A stretch of DNA of 64,000 nt. Source: Tubiluchus corallicola. Its lineage: Eukaryota; Animalia; Priapulida. A program made the position numbers and the translations under genes. This document shows positions 1 to 14,200 of this stretch, in pieces. Under the pieces are notes generated by a model that was not told the origin of the DNA, did not search any database, and was given only the letters and a program-made list of their open reading frames with translations. Within the stretch, counting starts at the first letter, position 1. Every line of letters starts with the position of its first letter. Where the stretch lies: positions 1 to 64,000 of the forward strand of contig JAQGDQ010001002.1 in NCBI GenBank assembly GCA_030141605.1, in the 5' to 3' direction.

Positions 1-37
<37 letters not shown>

Positions 38-62
38 GCCTGTCTGCTTCACTGCCTGCCTA
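1..62. repeat. (TATC)n microsatellite decaying into TGCC/TGTC
   Basis: Tandem tatc units read directly. Confidence 0.9.
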
Positions 63-934
63 TCTGTCTATATATCGTTACATTTTTTAACGTTAAGAAA
101 AACGACGCTTTCATTTAAACGACGTTTAAATCTAATCTAAATCTAATCATTGCATTGTAATAAAAATGTAATGAAAATTTACTGCAGTATTTGCGGCTTA
201 AAAAACCATGGATAATGAAACCAGCCGCATTTCAGAACCATCAATTGTTAAGAAAACTTGGTTAAAAAAACCAGTGCATCGTTTAACAAGGCCACAAATG
301 TTCACCCAGATGCCCGCAGGCATGAGAATAGCTCCCCCATGTTAATCTACATACACTGTACATACAATTCTACACTAAACTATACGTATTTGTTATTGTG
401 TCTACATGTGGTCGTTGGCATTTGCTTCTGGTTTAGTATCACGCTCATGTCTGCAACCTTCCAAGCCCTTGGCCATTTGAGCTTGGATCTGAAATTCACT
501 AGGCACACTTGTAGAGCAAAAATCTAGAACTTATTCAAAGTTATGAATTTATGATGCAGTACGAATACATTGGGGGGTCCCAGTGTCCTGCTTTGTCCAT
601 CCAGCACAGACAATGGTGTTCAGACGACTTTGAATATAGTATGAATTACGGTGAATTCTTCGAGAAGTGCTATGTTTAAAACAATGTCGCTTGTAATCAT
701 GAATTCCACTCGTACAAGCCTCGGGGGGGGGGGGGGTGAATAGGATAGTTATCGTGCAAAATATTTCCAAGTTTAACACCGCTGTTCTTAATAACCGTGA
801 TATATTTGCTTATGAGCTGTACTAGCTTAGTGAAGGGCAAATCTACTAACCTAGCTTTTCATATGAAGAAATTCTGCAGATTTTCTATTATATTAATTTT
901 TTATTATAATTATATATTATTCAAATATATTATT

Positions 935-1990
935 ATGATGTAATGTAATGATATGTAATATACTATAATATAATATGATATGATATGATATGATATGATG
1001 TGATGTGATGTGATGTGATGTGATGTGATGTGATGTGATGATATGTAATATAATATAATATAATATAATATAATATAATATAATATAATATAATGTAATA
1101 TAATGTAATGTAATATAATGTAATATAATGTAATATAATGTATTATAATATAATTAATATAACATAACATAACATACATAATATAATATAATATAATATA
1201 ATATAACGTATATAATATAATATAATATAACATAACATAACATAACATAATATAATATAACATAACATAACATAACATAACATAACATAACATAACATAA
1301 CATAACATAACATAACATAACATAACATAACATAACATAACATAACATAACATAACATAACATAACATAACATAACACAACACAACATAACATAACATAA
1401 CATAACATAACATAACATAACATAACATAACATAACATAACATAACATAACATAACATAACATAACATAACATAACATAACATAACATAACATAACATAA
1501 CATAACATAACATAACATAACATAACATAACATAACATAACATAACATAACATAACATAACATAACATAACATAATATAATATAAATACAGGTATATAAT
1601 ATATTATATTATATTACACTGTACTGTATATAAATGTATATATATATACATATATACATTTATATACAGTACAGTGTAATATAATATAATATAATATATT
1701 ATAATATACTATATATATATATTTATATAATATATATATATAATATATTATATAATATTATATAATATACAGGATATATTATATATATATACTGTATTGT
1801 ACTGTACTGCACTGTACTTTACTGTACTGCACTACACTACACTACACTACACTACACTACACTACACTACACTACACTACACTACACTACACTACACTAC
1901 ACTACACTACACTACACTACACTACACTACACTATACTACACTACACTACACTACACTATACATTATATTATATTGTATTATATTATATT
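935..1990. repeat. Compound pentanucleotide microsatellite (ATATG/ATGTG/ATATA/ATAAC, then ACTGT/ACTAC)
   Basis: Long runs of (cataa)n at ~1225-1575 and (actac)n at ~1830-1960; these explain the MLCYV and LHYTT ORFs. Confidence 0.95.
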
Positions 1991-2319
1991 AATTTTCTAT
2001 TATAACTAACTAATGCAAATATTCTTGTACATTATTACGAACAAATATGAATCAATTGCACTGTTAAAATATGTAATATATGCTGCGCTACGAGGATACC
2101 ACACTCCACGTAGCAGAGACACAGAAGGTATAAGATATGAGGATGTATGAGGATTGGATAGATGGCGCGTGTGAGGCGGAATTAATAGTAGAAGCAAGTG
2201 TAGATGTACTTGAATTGAATGATACTCCCCAGTTTAATTGAAAAATAATAGTGATATGAGAACATTAGACCATGTTGTGCTGTATGATTGTGAATTGTTG
2301 AAACTTGAAAGGAATAAAA

Positions 2320-2850
2320 CTTTCTAAACATTTATGACATTAATAAGTTCCAAACTGACATTTTCATGTGCAAATTCCCTCATAAATTACTGCCTCCCTT
2401 ATTTACTGATTATATTTGTTTGAATGCTGAGATACATAATTACGGCACACGTTATAGACTTAACTATCACTACATACAGTGCAACACAAATGTTAGAAAA
2501 TTTTCTATTAAATACAATGGCCCTTACATATGGAATTCAATAGCTCCAGCTATTAAAAATGCCAACTCCCTGTCCATATTTAAAAAAAATATAAATTAAA
2601 CTTACTTGAAACATATAACTGATTACTCAATCATGATTTGTTGTTTTTCATTTTCAAAAACTTCCCCTCTAGTATGATAATATTTTTATTACTTCCCACC
2701 CGTATTTATATCTGCATATATTGTAATATTGTATCTGTATATATTGTAAATTTTCTTCGTAATTAATTCTAGTGGCCTACCATAAGCTAGCTTCTTAGGT
2801 CTCTAGCGCAAAATTCATGAATTGTATCATATTTTTGTATTAACAAAAAC
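2320..2850 (+). mobile_element. 3' remnant of a CR1/L2-group LINE (ORF2 C-terminus plus 3' UTR)
   Basis: ORF 2366-2599 has the HNYGTR...FSIKYNGPYIWNSI...SLSIFKK pattern typical of CR1/L2 ORF2 ends. Confidence 0.75.
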
Positions 2851-3020
2851 TGATTATCGATGCACATGTGATGTATATGTATATGTTTATTGCGAAACAA
2901 ATCTACAAAATGTAAAAAAAATAATATACATTGGAATGAGAACGAAAGATCAGCTGGTCTAAAGGAAGAGGAATTTCCCTGGGTAAAACTATGAAAAAAG
3001 ACGACAGTCAGCAAGGACGA

Positions 3021-3296
3021 ATTGGAATGGGTGCTACTGTAAATGAACTTACACGAGTGGCGACATCTCCCGGGCTGTTTAAAAAGGTTTTGAGACGTAA
3101 GGATGTAGATGCAGATGAAACAGCTTGTGTTGTGTTAGCATTTTATGCAATAGACATGAACATATTTATTTAAATTTCATTGACGTAGTTTGTTTTGCAG
3201 CATTTGGAAATTTACATTGTGAGCAGCCATAGTTTATTTGTGTCCTGCAAATGGCGAGGTCCTTCTGTTTCTCACGAACTAACGAAATATTGTCTT
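3021..3296 (+). repeat. Dispersed ~275-bp repeat, copy 1 (copy 2 at ~35555-35830)
   Basis: Near-identical ggaatgggtgctactgtaaatgaac...aaatattgtctta in both places. Confidence 0.9.
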
Positions 3297-3593
3297 AAGG
3301 ATTATTCTTTGGTTCTCAGTAATGTGTGCGTTGAAATAAACAGTAATCATTTCTTTTACACGTAACAGGTGGCGCCAGCGTGCAGCTCATCTTCTCATTT
3401 CCAAGACGTAATCCGGAGACTGTGTGTGTGTGTGTGTGTGTGCGCGTGTGCGTGCATGCGTGCATGTGTGTTTAGCTTTAATCAAGCTAAAACAGTAAAT
3501 TTGAATAATATAGATAACGTATAATTGTCATTAAATATATATATATATATATATATAAAAATTCATTTCAATTCATATAATCAATATATATTG

Positions 3594-3639
<46 letters not shown>

Positions 3640-3671
3640 CAATATATATATATCTCGGTTGATGATGATGA

Positions 3672-3995
3672 CGGCGCCATCTCTTGTCAATTTATGTAAC
3701 TCTAACCCAGTACTTAAAACTATTAATTTTTGGTCTTACTGTTGTTAGTTTTTCTGGCATTATTATCTGTGTTTCTCTTAAGTTTAAGTTGCTTCTTCCT
3801 ATGTATAGGATTAATGATTTGTGTGTGTGTGTCTGTGTGTATGTATGTGGCGCCATCTCTTGTCAATTTATGTAACACTTACCCAGTACTTACTACTATT
3901 AATTTCTGCTCTTACTGTTGTTCGATTTTCTGGCATTATTATCTGTGTTTCTCCTAAGTTGAAGTTGCTTCTTCCCATGTAAAGGATTAATGATT
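3672..3995. repeat. Two-copy ~175-bp direct duplication
   Basis: ggcgccatctcttgtcaattta...aggattaatgattt occurs twice. Confidence 0.8.
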
Positions 3996-4199
3996 TTCTC
4001 GTTTGTTTTTTGAACTATCATTGCTTACATTACTAGTAGTGCTTATCATACATACATAAATAAATGTCCACGTAAATAAAATGTCTTGACACATGAAGAT
4101 AGATGCCATTTCTTTGTGATTTGTCGGGAAAACGTCCATTATACAACTCTCATGAATTATACAGAGTAAATATACATCTCTCATGATCACCGTTCGCGA

Positions 4200-4375
4200 C
4201 AGCAATAATGTAGTGGTCATAGCGTCGACTTGTAAACAAAGAGTTCCTGGTTCAAATGCAGGCTGTACTCCTACGATTTTCTTTCAGGCGAGTTTGGTTT
4301 CAAAATTTAACAATGCTAAGTTTATTTTATAGCAATCATGAATTTATTACATTATCAGTTGTAAAGTTGTTGCAT
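4200..4375 (+). mobile_element. Degenerate tRNA-derived SINE head
   Basis: A-box-like TAGTGGTCATAGC and B-box-like GGTTCAAATGC with tRNA spacing; related heads at ~9485 and ~60350. Confidence 0.5.
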
Positions 4376-4376
4376 A

Positions 4377-4379
<3 letters not shown>

Positions 4380-4427
<48 letters not shown>

Positions 4428-4443
4428 GAGAGAGAGAGAGAGG

Positions 4444-4520
<77 letters not shown>
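4380..4520. repeat. (GA)n microsatellite
   Basis: Read directly. Confidence 0.95.
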
Positions 4521-4524
<4 letters not shown>

Positions 4525-4739
4525 TGCTTGGCGGCCATGATCAACGTATCAAAACATACACTATACTACAGTCACGTAGACATACAGTTATGGTTGTTGA
4601 TTGTTTAGAACTCAAATACCTGAAGTACTGAAATGTTAGCTGGACCAACTACTGTGTTACTCTACTAGACTTACAACTGTGCTAGAGACCTACAACTGGG
4701 CTACTGTATTACGCTGTACAACGCGTTTCTAATTCTGAG

Positions 4740-4860
4740 AACACTGATTGGCTAAAGACTTCACCCTTTCTTGTTAAAATAGACCCGTCCGAAACCATTT
4801 CGAGTATAAAAGAACTGGACAACTGAGATACAGTCTCCTTAGTTTTTGAGCGACGTAAGT
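4740..4860 (+). promoter_or_regulatory. Candidate Pol II promoter and short first exon of the C2HC zinc-finger gene
   Basis: ATTGG (reverse CCAAT) at 4747, TATAAAA at 4805, Inr-like CAGT ~25 nt downstream, donor GTAAGT at 4855. Confidence 0.45.
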
Positions 4861-6139
4861 AGATAGTGTGAATTTATTTAATATCTTGTAATGAATATCA
4901 TTTATTTTTCTCGTTGTGTTTTGATATTGTTTATTGTTGAGTATTGTGCATATCTTAAGTGATCTTTATAATTATTAATGAGTGCTGTAATGTAGTTTAC
5001 ATTATCTAAGGTAAGAAAATGTTTTTTTTTAAACTTTCAACATGGCAGACACGTGCATCTATGTGCGTATGTACCTATGCGGCTTTAGTTTTGTTTGCTA
5101 ATTCTTGGATATTTAGATATCTTTATATATATTTTGATATATAAAATTTTGATAATATATATTATAAAATATAAATAAATAATATTTATATATATATAAA
5201 TATAGATAATATTAAATATATATAAGAAAAGTGACTATTCATAATATATTATTCCCTAATTGTTACAGGAAGCTTTTAGTTTCAATTTTAATTTTATTCC
5301 AAATATTATAGTCCTTAATTTTACAAATTCAAACTGCGAAGTCCGTAACTGACGTGTCCGCATCCGCAAAACGCGGATTGACTGAAATTTGAAAATCCGC
5401 GTCACATAATCCGTAAAAATATAAGCAAACACTACTTATGGTAATGGTGTTAAAACCGCTTTTTGTATAAAGTTATAATCACCATTCAATAATAAATTAA
5501 GAGGCCAGACCACGTAAAGCAATTTTGCCCAACATCATACCCAACACACCCACCACAAACCATAAAATGTTGGAGCAAAAAACTATAATATTTGTAATTG
5601 TAAGGAATGTTTTGCGTTGGAAATTTTCCATGCGTGGTTTTTTGCGCGCTGAAATTTCGCGTAAAATCCCAATTTTGACATTAAAAATCCGCATATCTGC
5701 AAATGATGCAGTATCCTTAATCCGCAATTTCGCATAATATGCGGACACCGCATCCGCATTGCAGATCAGCTATCCGCCCATCTCTACTGCATGTAAAATT
5801 TAAGGCTGATTTTCGAAAAAAAATAACTGAATAGGCCCACAACTTGTTCCATTTTTAACCCACTTATACTATTACGAATTTTATAATTTCTTTCTTCGCA
5901 TCTTATACTGTTATTTCCGTTATGCTGAACATCAGTGTTTAGTCAATAATGAAGATACCTTTTTTTACTTTTGTTCCATTTGTGGCAAATTTAAACTAAC
6001 GCTAGACAAATCTGCGTTAATTTAGTTTGCAATAGAAGTAAATGCAGTGCTAAGACAGGCATTAATTTATTTCCTTGTTATACACGTTTAAGATAAGAAA
6101 ATTTGCTAACAATTTAGTACTTTTTCTTCAAAAATGTTC

Positions 6140-6670
6140 AAATGTAAACAACTGTTTTTCCTGCGCATGAGCAGTAGACGTTTAGAGCTCAAGTCTTTAA
6201 AAATATTGAAATGTAAACAACTGTTTTTCCTGCGCATGAGCAGTAGACGTTTAGCGCTCAAGTCTTTAAAAATATTGAAATGTAAACAACTGTTTTTCCT
6301 GCGCATGAGCAGTAGACGTTTAGAGCTCAAGTCTTTAAAATATTGAAATGTAAACGGCTGTTTTTCCTGCGCATGAGCAGTAGACGTTTAGAGCTCAAGT
6401 CTTTAAAATATTGAAATGTAAACGGCTGTTTTTCCTGCGCATGAGCAGTAGACGTTTAGAGCTCAAGTCTTTAAAAATATTGAAATGTAAACAACTGTTT
6501 TTCCTGCGCATGAGCAGTAGACGTTTAGAGCTCAAGTCTTTAAAAATATTGAAATGTAAACGGCTGTTTTTCCTGCGCATGAGCAGTAGACGTTTAGAGC
6601 TCAAGTCTTTAAAAATAGTCAAATTGTAAACAACTGTTTTTCCTGCGCATGAGCAGTAGACGTTTAGAGC
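6140..6670. repeat. 69-bp minisatellite, ~7.7 copies
   Basis: Unit aaatgtaaacaactgtttttcctgcgcatgagcagtagacgtttagagctcaagtctttaaaaatattg. Confidence 0.95.
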
Positions 6671-7958
6671 TGCTACTGTTGTAGCATTTCGGCCAGTTTT
6701 TGTCCTTTATAATTAGTTCGGTATTTCTGTATATTTGACTCTGTTTGCTTTGACCTTTCTCACCACACTTCAACTTCTTTACATGAAAACGCTTAGGAAT
6801 AAAAATGAGTAAAAATTCGACAGCCAGTGACCCAGAAACGTTTGTACAGGGTGTCGCAAAAGAAACGGCGTAGTAGAAATATTCTAACAAGCTGAAATGC
6901 TCTGATCAAATAACATGGAAGCGTGTTTGTTCACGTGTGCGAAATAAAAATGATTCTATTTCTATTGTTTGACTGTCTTAACAATTAGTTATAAATCTAC
7001 GGATTGACGATTTTTTATTAAAATTTTTACCTCCACCCTGTGAAGCAAAAATGGCTTTATCAGCTGGCTTCATACTGAGTCTGGTAAATAAATTTTCAGT
7101 GTCATAAAGAAGCCAATCTTCATGCTGTAGAAAAAACAGCACAGTTAAAAATGTTGCTGTTCAAATTTAAATTACGCGTTTATGATTGAACTCTCAAATG
7201 GCTGTTTAAGATAAGTGCTATTTTTGTAAGAAATTAAGTAGCCCTTGATGTGTTTGTATTTTTCGTTATCAGTGACACGTTTGCCAAAAAAGAAAATTTG
7301 CCACAAGATAATGATCTCCGCAAACGAAGTTAAGCAACATAAAGCCCGGTTAATAAATGAATAGTGACTACTGAATGATGAATGAATAATGGCTCGTAGT
7401 AAACTTATCTATAAATTTGTGCCTTTTGAGGAATCATGGGTACGCATTCTGACCAGCCACAAGGTTGTTCATTAAAGTATCCACTGACTTTGAATACTGG
7501 CAGACAGCTTGCTAAATGCAGGACTGTAATTCACTCAACCAAAAAAAACACACCAAAAAAACAACACAAGAGCTGCTATAATATTATGAGAAAATTAACT
7601 TTTAATGCACGTAATTAAAAATTGTCATTTTTTCAGATCCAAACTTTGTCTTTTTTCAAATTTTAAATTACCAAGATAGTAATTAAGTACACACTTTTAA
7701 ATGTAAATTTTATACTACATTTACTGTACTGACACCAGAAGTACTGTGATATTATATTGGTGTACATTTTTTTCAGATTAAGCATTCCATTCTAAGATTG
7801 CTAACTACTATTGTTTATTTGTTTATCAAGCTTTCTTCATCAAGCCTTCGTATTCGTTATTACTTATTTTGACCCTGTATATTAACATCAGAGCTGCTAT
7901 AAAATTATAAAAAAGTTAACGTTTATTGCATGTAATTAAAAGTTGTTATTTTTTCAGA

Positions 7959-7988
7959 TACCCGTGTATTAGCTGCAATATTAATTTG
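7959..7988 (+). other. Probable 5'-UTR exon of the C2HC gene
   Basis: ttttttcAG acceptor and GTAAGT donor; both sites are kept in the inverted paralog (27850-27881). Confidence 0.55.
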
Positions 7989-8257
7989 GTAAGTTTCACT
8001 ATTTTCTTGTTGAATTTTTAAATTTTAAATGACCCTACTGTCCGTGTGTCTGTTCGTCCACTGTCCACAATAGGTTTTTCTCTTGTATTTCTGTAACAAA
8101 TGATCGGATGGTTATGAAACTCGTGCGATTCGAACTCAAGATCATGTGCAGTTAGAATCTTGACATTGCTAAAATGGTTTTAGCTGACCGAGCCGTAAAT
8201 AACACTTCATTCTTTTGCTTATTTCAGATTGAAGCGTCACGATTATCTTTTTGGATC

Positions 8258-11200
8258 ATGCCTAAGCGGTAAGTAAAGAAATTTTGCTTTTTAGCCAGAA
8301 AACCTTTCCATTTACTTTTTTATTTTCTGCATATGTACCATTGTCCAAACAAACAGAAATATTTTTCTTCTCTTAATTGTCTCGTGTGGTGTGAGATTAT
8401 TCTTTATTTATATAACTTTTTACAGGATCATCTTACAATTTATTTTTGAAACATTTTAAGTTAACAAGCCAGCCCCACGTCTGTTGTGTTTGAAATCATT
8501 AAAAATTTCAACACTCAATAACCTGAAGACTTTGCTGCCAGTAAACAGAACATCATTTTTCTTGTAACAAAACTTTAAACAATATAATATATTTTGTGTT
8601 ATTATAGTGATAAAAAAGTCAAATCAAATTTACTACATACCCTTACTGTCTTGTATTAACCGCTGTTGTTTTCTTTTTCTGTTAAACTAGTAAAATGAAA
8701 TGACGTTTTTCTTCTTTTTTCAGTTGCCATTGGTTTGCCCAGTGTGGGGGGCAGGGGAACATCAACCCCCGGTACGCCACGCACAGGGCCACGTCTGCCT
8801 GTGCGTGGCGCTACGAGCGGCAGCGCCAGAGGGAGCTGGTGGCAGGGGTGGATGCTCGGCCACCCCTGCAAGAGGTCCAGAGCAAGCCGAAGCCAGTGTA
8901 AGTAGACACGATTATAATTACAAATTAGCTTTTTCAGTAGAACCGTTCATTTCGCCCCCTCGTGGCTATAGTTTTCGTTTTTGTTTACTTTGTAGTTTCG
9001 TTTTTGTTTACTTTACACAAAACATTACCGTTTAGTCTTTGTGAAGCAAACAATGCATAATAAATTAACAGCTAGCTTATTACAATCATTTCATGGAGTT
9101 TTCATATCGTCTTAATCGACACGAACTGGAACGTTGTCTCTGGTCATTTCATTCCATCCGAGATATTGCTGATTTTTCGATAGTTAATTATTGTACCAAA
9201 AAGAAAAAATGATTATAGCAAATGACGTCAACAATCATTTAAAGTTACGTCACTGTTTTTTGTATCGTAGTATAATGGTAATGATAAGAATAGAATAAGG
9301 ATGATGATGGTGACAATGATGGTGGTAATGATAATGATGGTGGTGATGGTAATGATGTTGGTGATGGTAATGGTAATCATTTAGAGAGAGATGGGAGAGA
9401 GAGAGAGAGCGAGAGAGAGAGAGAGAGAGAGAGAGGCATGGAAGGAAGAAGCAAGAATGAATGTCGTAGTCACCAGGAAACATGATGACCTAGTGGTTAT
9501 GAAATTGTTTTCGTAATTCAAATGTGTCTGTTTCAAATTCAGGCTGAGTTCCAGCTATTTACTTTCTTGTCTTCTGGAGTTTAATGTGTATCAACATTCA
9601 TAATAATTGTGGTTTTCTACATAGCAAGTATTTCACTATGTTGGTTGCAGTAGTTCATTTAGCTGCTGAAAGAGACGGCTTGCTAAATTCTGTTGTTTCT
9701 TAATTGAGCACAATATTTACTCGAGTAGTTGTGAACTGTAACTGAACAACTGACCTACCAACTTTGAGCAATTTTCGTCCAAGAAGTCATGGGTAACTTG
9801 AATATGACTTAATATATTTTTGGTTAAAACGTTTTAGACATGAATAATCTATGGCTATATAAATAATAATAATTATAATTGTCCTTAACAATGTTTAGGA
9901 CACTAATAGTCCAATGATAACAGCTTATTTTCAGAGTAGTTTTGATAGAACCCGCTTGGCAGAACGAGCGGTAATTAAATCTTTATTATTACGTGTCAGG
10001 AATTGAACCCGCGACCTCCAGGATGGGAAACGAACACATTACAATTGAGCTAACCCCCGAAATTTTTGCTCTTAAATAACACATAGCAACAAAATATTTG
10101 CTGTTTCTTTTCAGTTAGATGTGCAAATTTGTGCTTTCAACACTAGAAAATTGATATTTCATTTATTTTTCTTTCCATTTGGAGATGTCCAATATGTCAG
10201 CTTGTATAGTCAATGTTTATAATGAACCTACCAGAGTTGAACTTGTGCGTTAAGAGGATTGATCAGTTTTTCAAACACGTGCTTAACAAATTGCCAGCAA
10301 ATAGGAGTCATTTAGTTCCAACAATTTCTAATGTAGTTTTATTAACTTCTTAAACATGCAGATTTTTCAGAGATTTTTTTGAGAATAGTTTGATTCAATA
10401 TCGTTTATTGCTTTCGTTAATGAGCTGTGGAAAAATTGGGATACGCAATCCCGATTTTATACCAGCAAATAGGAGTCAGTTAGTTCCAACAAATTTCTCA
10501 TGTAGTTTTATTAAATTTGTTTATCCATAAAGTTATTAAACTGGAAGTGCATCTTCCCATCATATAAGTTTTTTAGTCTTCTTTGCTGTTAATTTTTTTC
10601 GGAGTTTGACAAAATGACTGTACGTTTTGTAGAAAAATGAAAATTATTTTTGTCTCTTTTAGGCGAAGGTGCCCAAACTTTGTCAGTTGCGGAGGGCAGG
10701 GGAATGTAGTGGAGGGTCGGGGCAGGCACTACGTGATGGCAAACTGTCCTTTTGAGCAGGAGGCGGTGCCTGTCCCGGCCGTGCGTGTGACCAGGTAAGC
10801 GGATTTTTTTTTATAACTTAAACCTAACAAAAAGGAAATCTTAATTTTACTGTATTTTTATTTCGTGTACAATTGTCAGAAGTGCACAGTTAGAACTGAC
10901 TTTCAAGCCTTAAATTTCAACTTAGGAGTAAAACCCGCAAATGTCTTATTACCAGAGAATGGAGTTGTAAAGTAATAATGAACTTTAACCTTTCCAAGAG
11001 TACTACAACTACGCTCGCAAAAAACGATCTTTCAAGAGAAATCATTTTATACAGTCGTCTAACTGTAAATGTTCTGGAATTCATTACGGTCAAAAACCTA
11101 ACAATGGCTTTTGTAAAGAGCTTGAAAAGAAAAAGGGAACATTCGTCCAAAACCTAATAAAAGGTGAGAGAGACTGAATAAACTGAGGAAAAAAATCACA

Positions 11201-14200
11201 GATTTCAATGTTTACTTGATCAGCTGATTTAGAGAAACCCCGTCAACACGTGTTACGCTGTAGAAGCATACCTGGATGGAGTGACCCAGTTTTGTCCCTT
11301 TAAATCGCCACGCTGTATCAAGGAAAGAAACGCGGTACAAGGCAGTTAGACCAGTGATGTATAAAAGCACAAAACTGGTTAAACTTTGTCTCTAAACGTG
11401 TTAGAGGCCTGATATGCAAAAACATGCTGTTAGACATCTCTAAGAAATGACAAAATTTAGCTGAAGAAACTTTAGTTTACTAATAATAACTGGCATTATA
11501 GACTAGCAAAGGCATTGCAACTTGTCAGTTTAACAGTACAAATGCTAACTCCCAATGTTCAGTAATGCACAAACGTCTTCTGCTTTTTATGCTGGAACAG
11601 TGAATGGACGTATTAACTGATACTTTACGTAGGTTTTATATGACTTAATAACATGCCAAATGTCAGCATAATAATCGGCCCATGTGACGACGCAAATAGC
11701 CACCAAAGTACTTTGCATTTTGCTATGAGTTATACAGCATCTCCCCGATGACACCCCACCCCCAATTTTATTGAGAAAATGTAAGAGGTCATATTAACGA
11801 CTTTCTAGAGGCTTACATGTTTGCTAAACAAGGATTTATTTTTCAGAGCTTATCCAACTGGAGTTGGACGACCGATGCCTGTTCGTCGGGTGCGGCCTGC
11901 TGATTTCCGACCGCACCCTTATGCTCGACGACGGATTGCGGTTGCTCCTGTTGAGGTAGGATAGTTTTATTTCGTTTACTTTATTATTACATGGTTGTAC
12001 AGGAAAACACTGCAAATTCTAACCCTAACCTTAATCCTAAACCATAAAAGCAAACAGAATAACAATGATTATATATAATATTTATGCTTACAATAATTTA
12101 TGTAATATGTACACCTTTGTACACATATTACTGTTTGAATGAAAATTTACTGTACATGAATATAAATGTACATAAAAAATATCATAAGCTGTTTTGCGTA
12201 AAGAAATATTAACAGCTCGAGCTTTTGTTTTATTAAAGAATGCGCAGGTAATTTTTTCTAGTCCATCCTGTATCATGTTTATTGTTCAAAGCGTTTGCTC
12301 GTCAATATAATGCATTTGCATTGTGGTCCAAGTTTTTCCAATCAAATATACATTGTTATAAGTAATTAACAATGGCAGATTTTGTTGTAAAAATTTGTAA
12401 ATTCTTGTAATATGAATGAAAGATTCCTTAAATCTCACTAATTGAATCTCACTTTCGTTGCAATAAACTAAATCACAACAAATTTTATATAATTTTTATT
12501 AAAAAGGGAAAATATGATTTTATTGTTTATCGCAAAAAAATTTCCAAACAAAGTCATATTAATTAGTATATAAGCTTACATGATTGACGAACACTGTGCT
12601 AAGTAGAAAATGAAATTCTAAATAATTTAAAATGTTCCCACCAACTGTTAAGACGGCATTGCAAGCGCCTTCCCAGTGTGCACCACTGATTCACCAAAAA
12701 CACATTATTGATCCTATTGACAACACAAAGTAATTTATACATTTGTTTAGTTAGTGAAGAGTGTCCTATTCTTCATAGTTTACCCAATGTTATCTAAACT
12801 TTATTCAAATGTTTTGCCTTTGAAGTTTCAAGTTTTATACAGCATTACTGCTTATCTAGGTTTTGTGCACAATAAGGTAGCATGTAAGTGATAAGAAATT
12901 TGAAAATTAAGATAATTTATTCCTATTTTTTTAATTAATTTCTTTTTTCCTGCTGACAACTGCTAATCTGTAATGGAAACGTTGATTTTTTCTTATTAAA
13001 ATGATATAAAGTTCCCTGATATCGTGAGACATTTATCAAACTCATGCCATTGTTCTTGTTAAGAAATTGAAACTATGACACCATAATAAGAAAGATAACT
13101 GTATATTTGTACAAGGGTTTGACGGAATTAGGCCTGCTTAAAAGTGTAGTTGGCAAATTGTATATTTGTACAAGGGTTTGGCAGAATTAGCCCTGCTTAA
13201 AAGTATAGTTGGCAAACTGCATATTTACAGTTCATACTATAAATAAATTAACTAAATCATTTAGTACAGATTGTGTTTTGTGTTACGCAACTAATATTTT
13301 TATAAATCTCTTTATATTTTTTATAAATATTCAACAGTACTGTGAGCCTGCACGTATTGAACACTTTTAGTGACAGGTTTGTCTAGTGCATATGTGCATT
13401 GTGCTTGTACATGCATATATATTTATGTAAATATTTTTGCTGGAATTATTTGTAATTTTTACAGCTACGTGGTTAAAGTGGTTTTTGATGCATGCTCTAT
13501 TCTTTAAGTTAAAGTAAATGGAAAATCGCAGAAATGTTGTGATAAACATCATATTTTTATCTTTTTGGAAATGCCAAGTGTGTGGACATTCGGCAAGTAT
13601 ATCAAAAAGGGAGGCGTTCCTTTGAGGACTGTTCTAAAAAGGGCTGTTTGGTCCCAACTAGAGCTCAATACTTTCTACTTTTTGTTCCTCTTCTGCATCA
13701 ATAGGGCTCTGTGCAATTTCCCGTTTAAGTTGTTTCAAATGTTCTATGTCAAGATGATTAAGATCTGTTGACTCTGGCATAATTCTGCTGTGTATATATG
13801 AGTAAATGAATATTTTGCTGCCCTCTGTTAAAGGCTTAATGCATTAACTGTAATTGTTTTTCGTATGTGCCTAGCTGACATTGTTTCGATGTTTGATCTG
13901 CAAAAGTTTTATGGCCATAATTTGAAAAGCACTCAAACTTGTAACGCCTGTTTTATTTACATGCAAGGACTAATACAGTGAAACTTCAGCCTTGTGTTTG
14001 TAGGGCACTTGCTTTTGATATTATTGTAATCAAAACTTCGGTGCATTTTTTCTGTGCCACCCGATATTAGATTCTATTTTGTATATACAGCGTAGTACTT
14101 TTTTGTAAACTAAATTATTGCTTTTTTTATTCTAGCACGTTGTTCCAGCTCCAGTTGGAGATGTTTGTGAGGCGGCCTGCTACCCACAGGCGTTCCATCC

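Noticed and set aside
910-2009. ORFs with MLCYV and LHYTT repeats
   Set aside because: Translations of pentamer microsatellites.
5330-5790. hAT-like element with atccgca repeats
   Set aside because: Only one TIR-like end (tatccgcccatctcta) is visible; not enough to call.
9992-10058. Functional tRNA gene
   Set aside because: Acceptor and anticodon stems do not pair; the same holds for the other tRNA-like heads.
12020-12045. CCCTAA telomere-like tract
   Set aside because: Only about three degenerate units.
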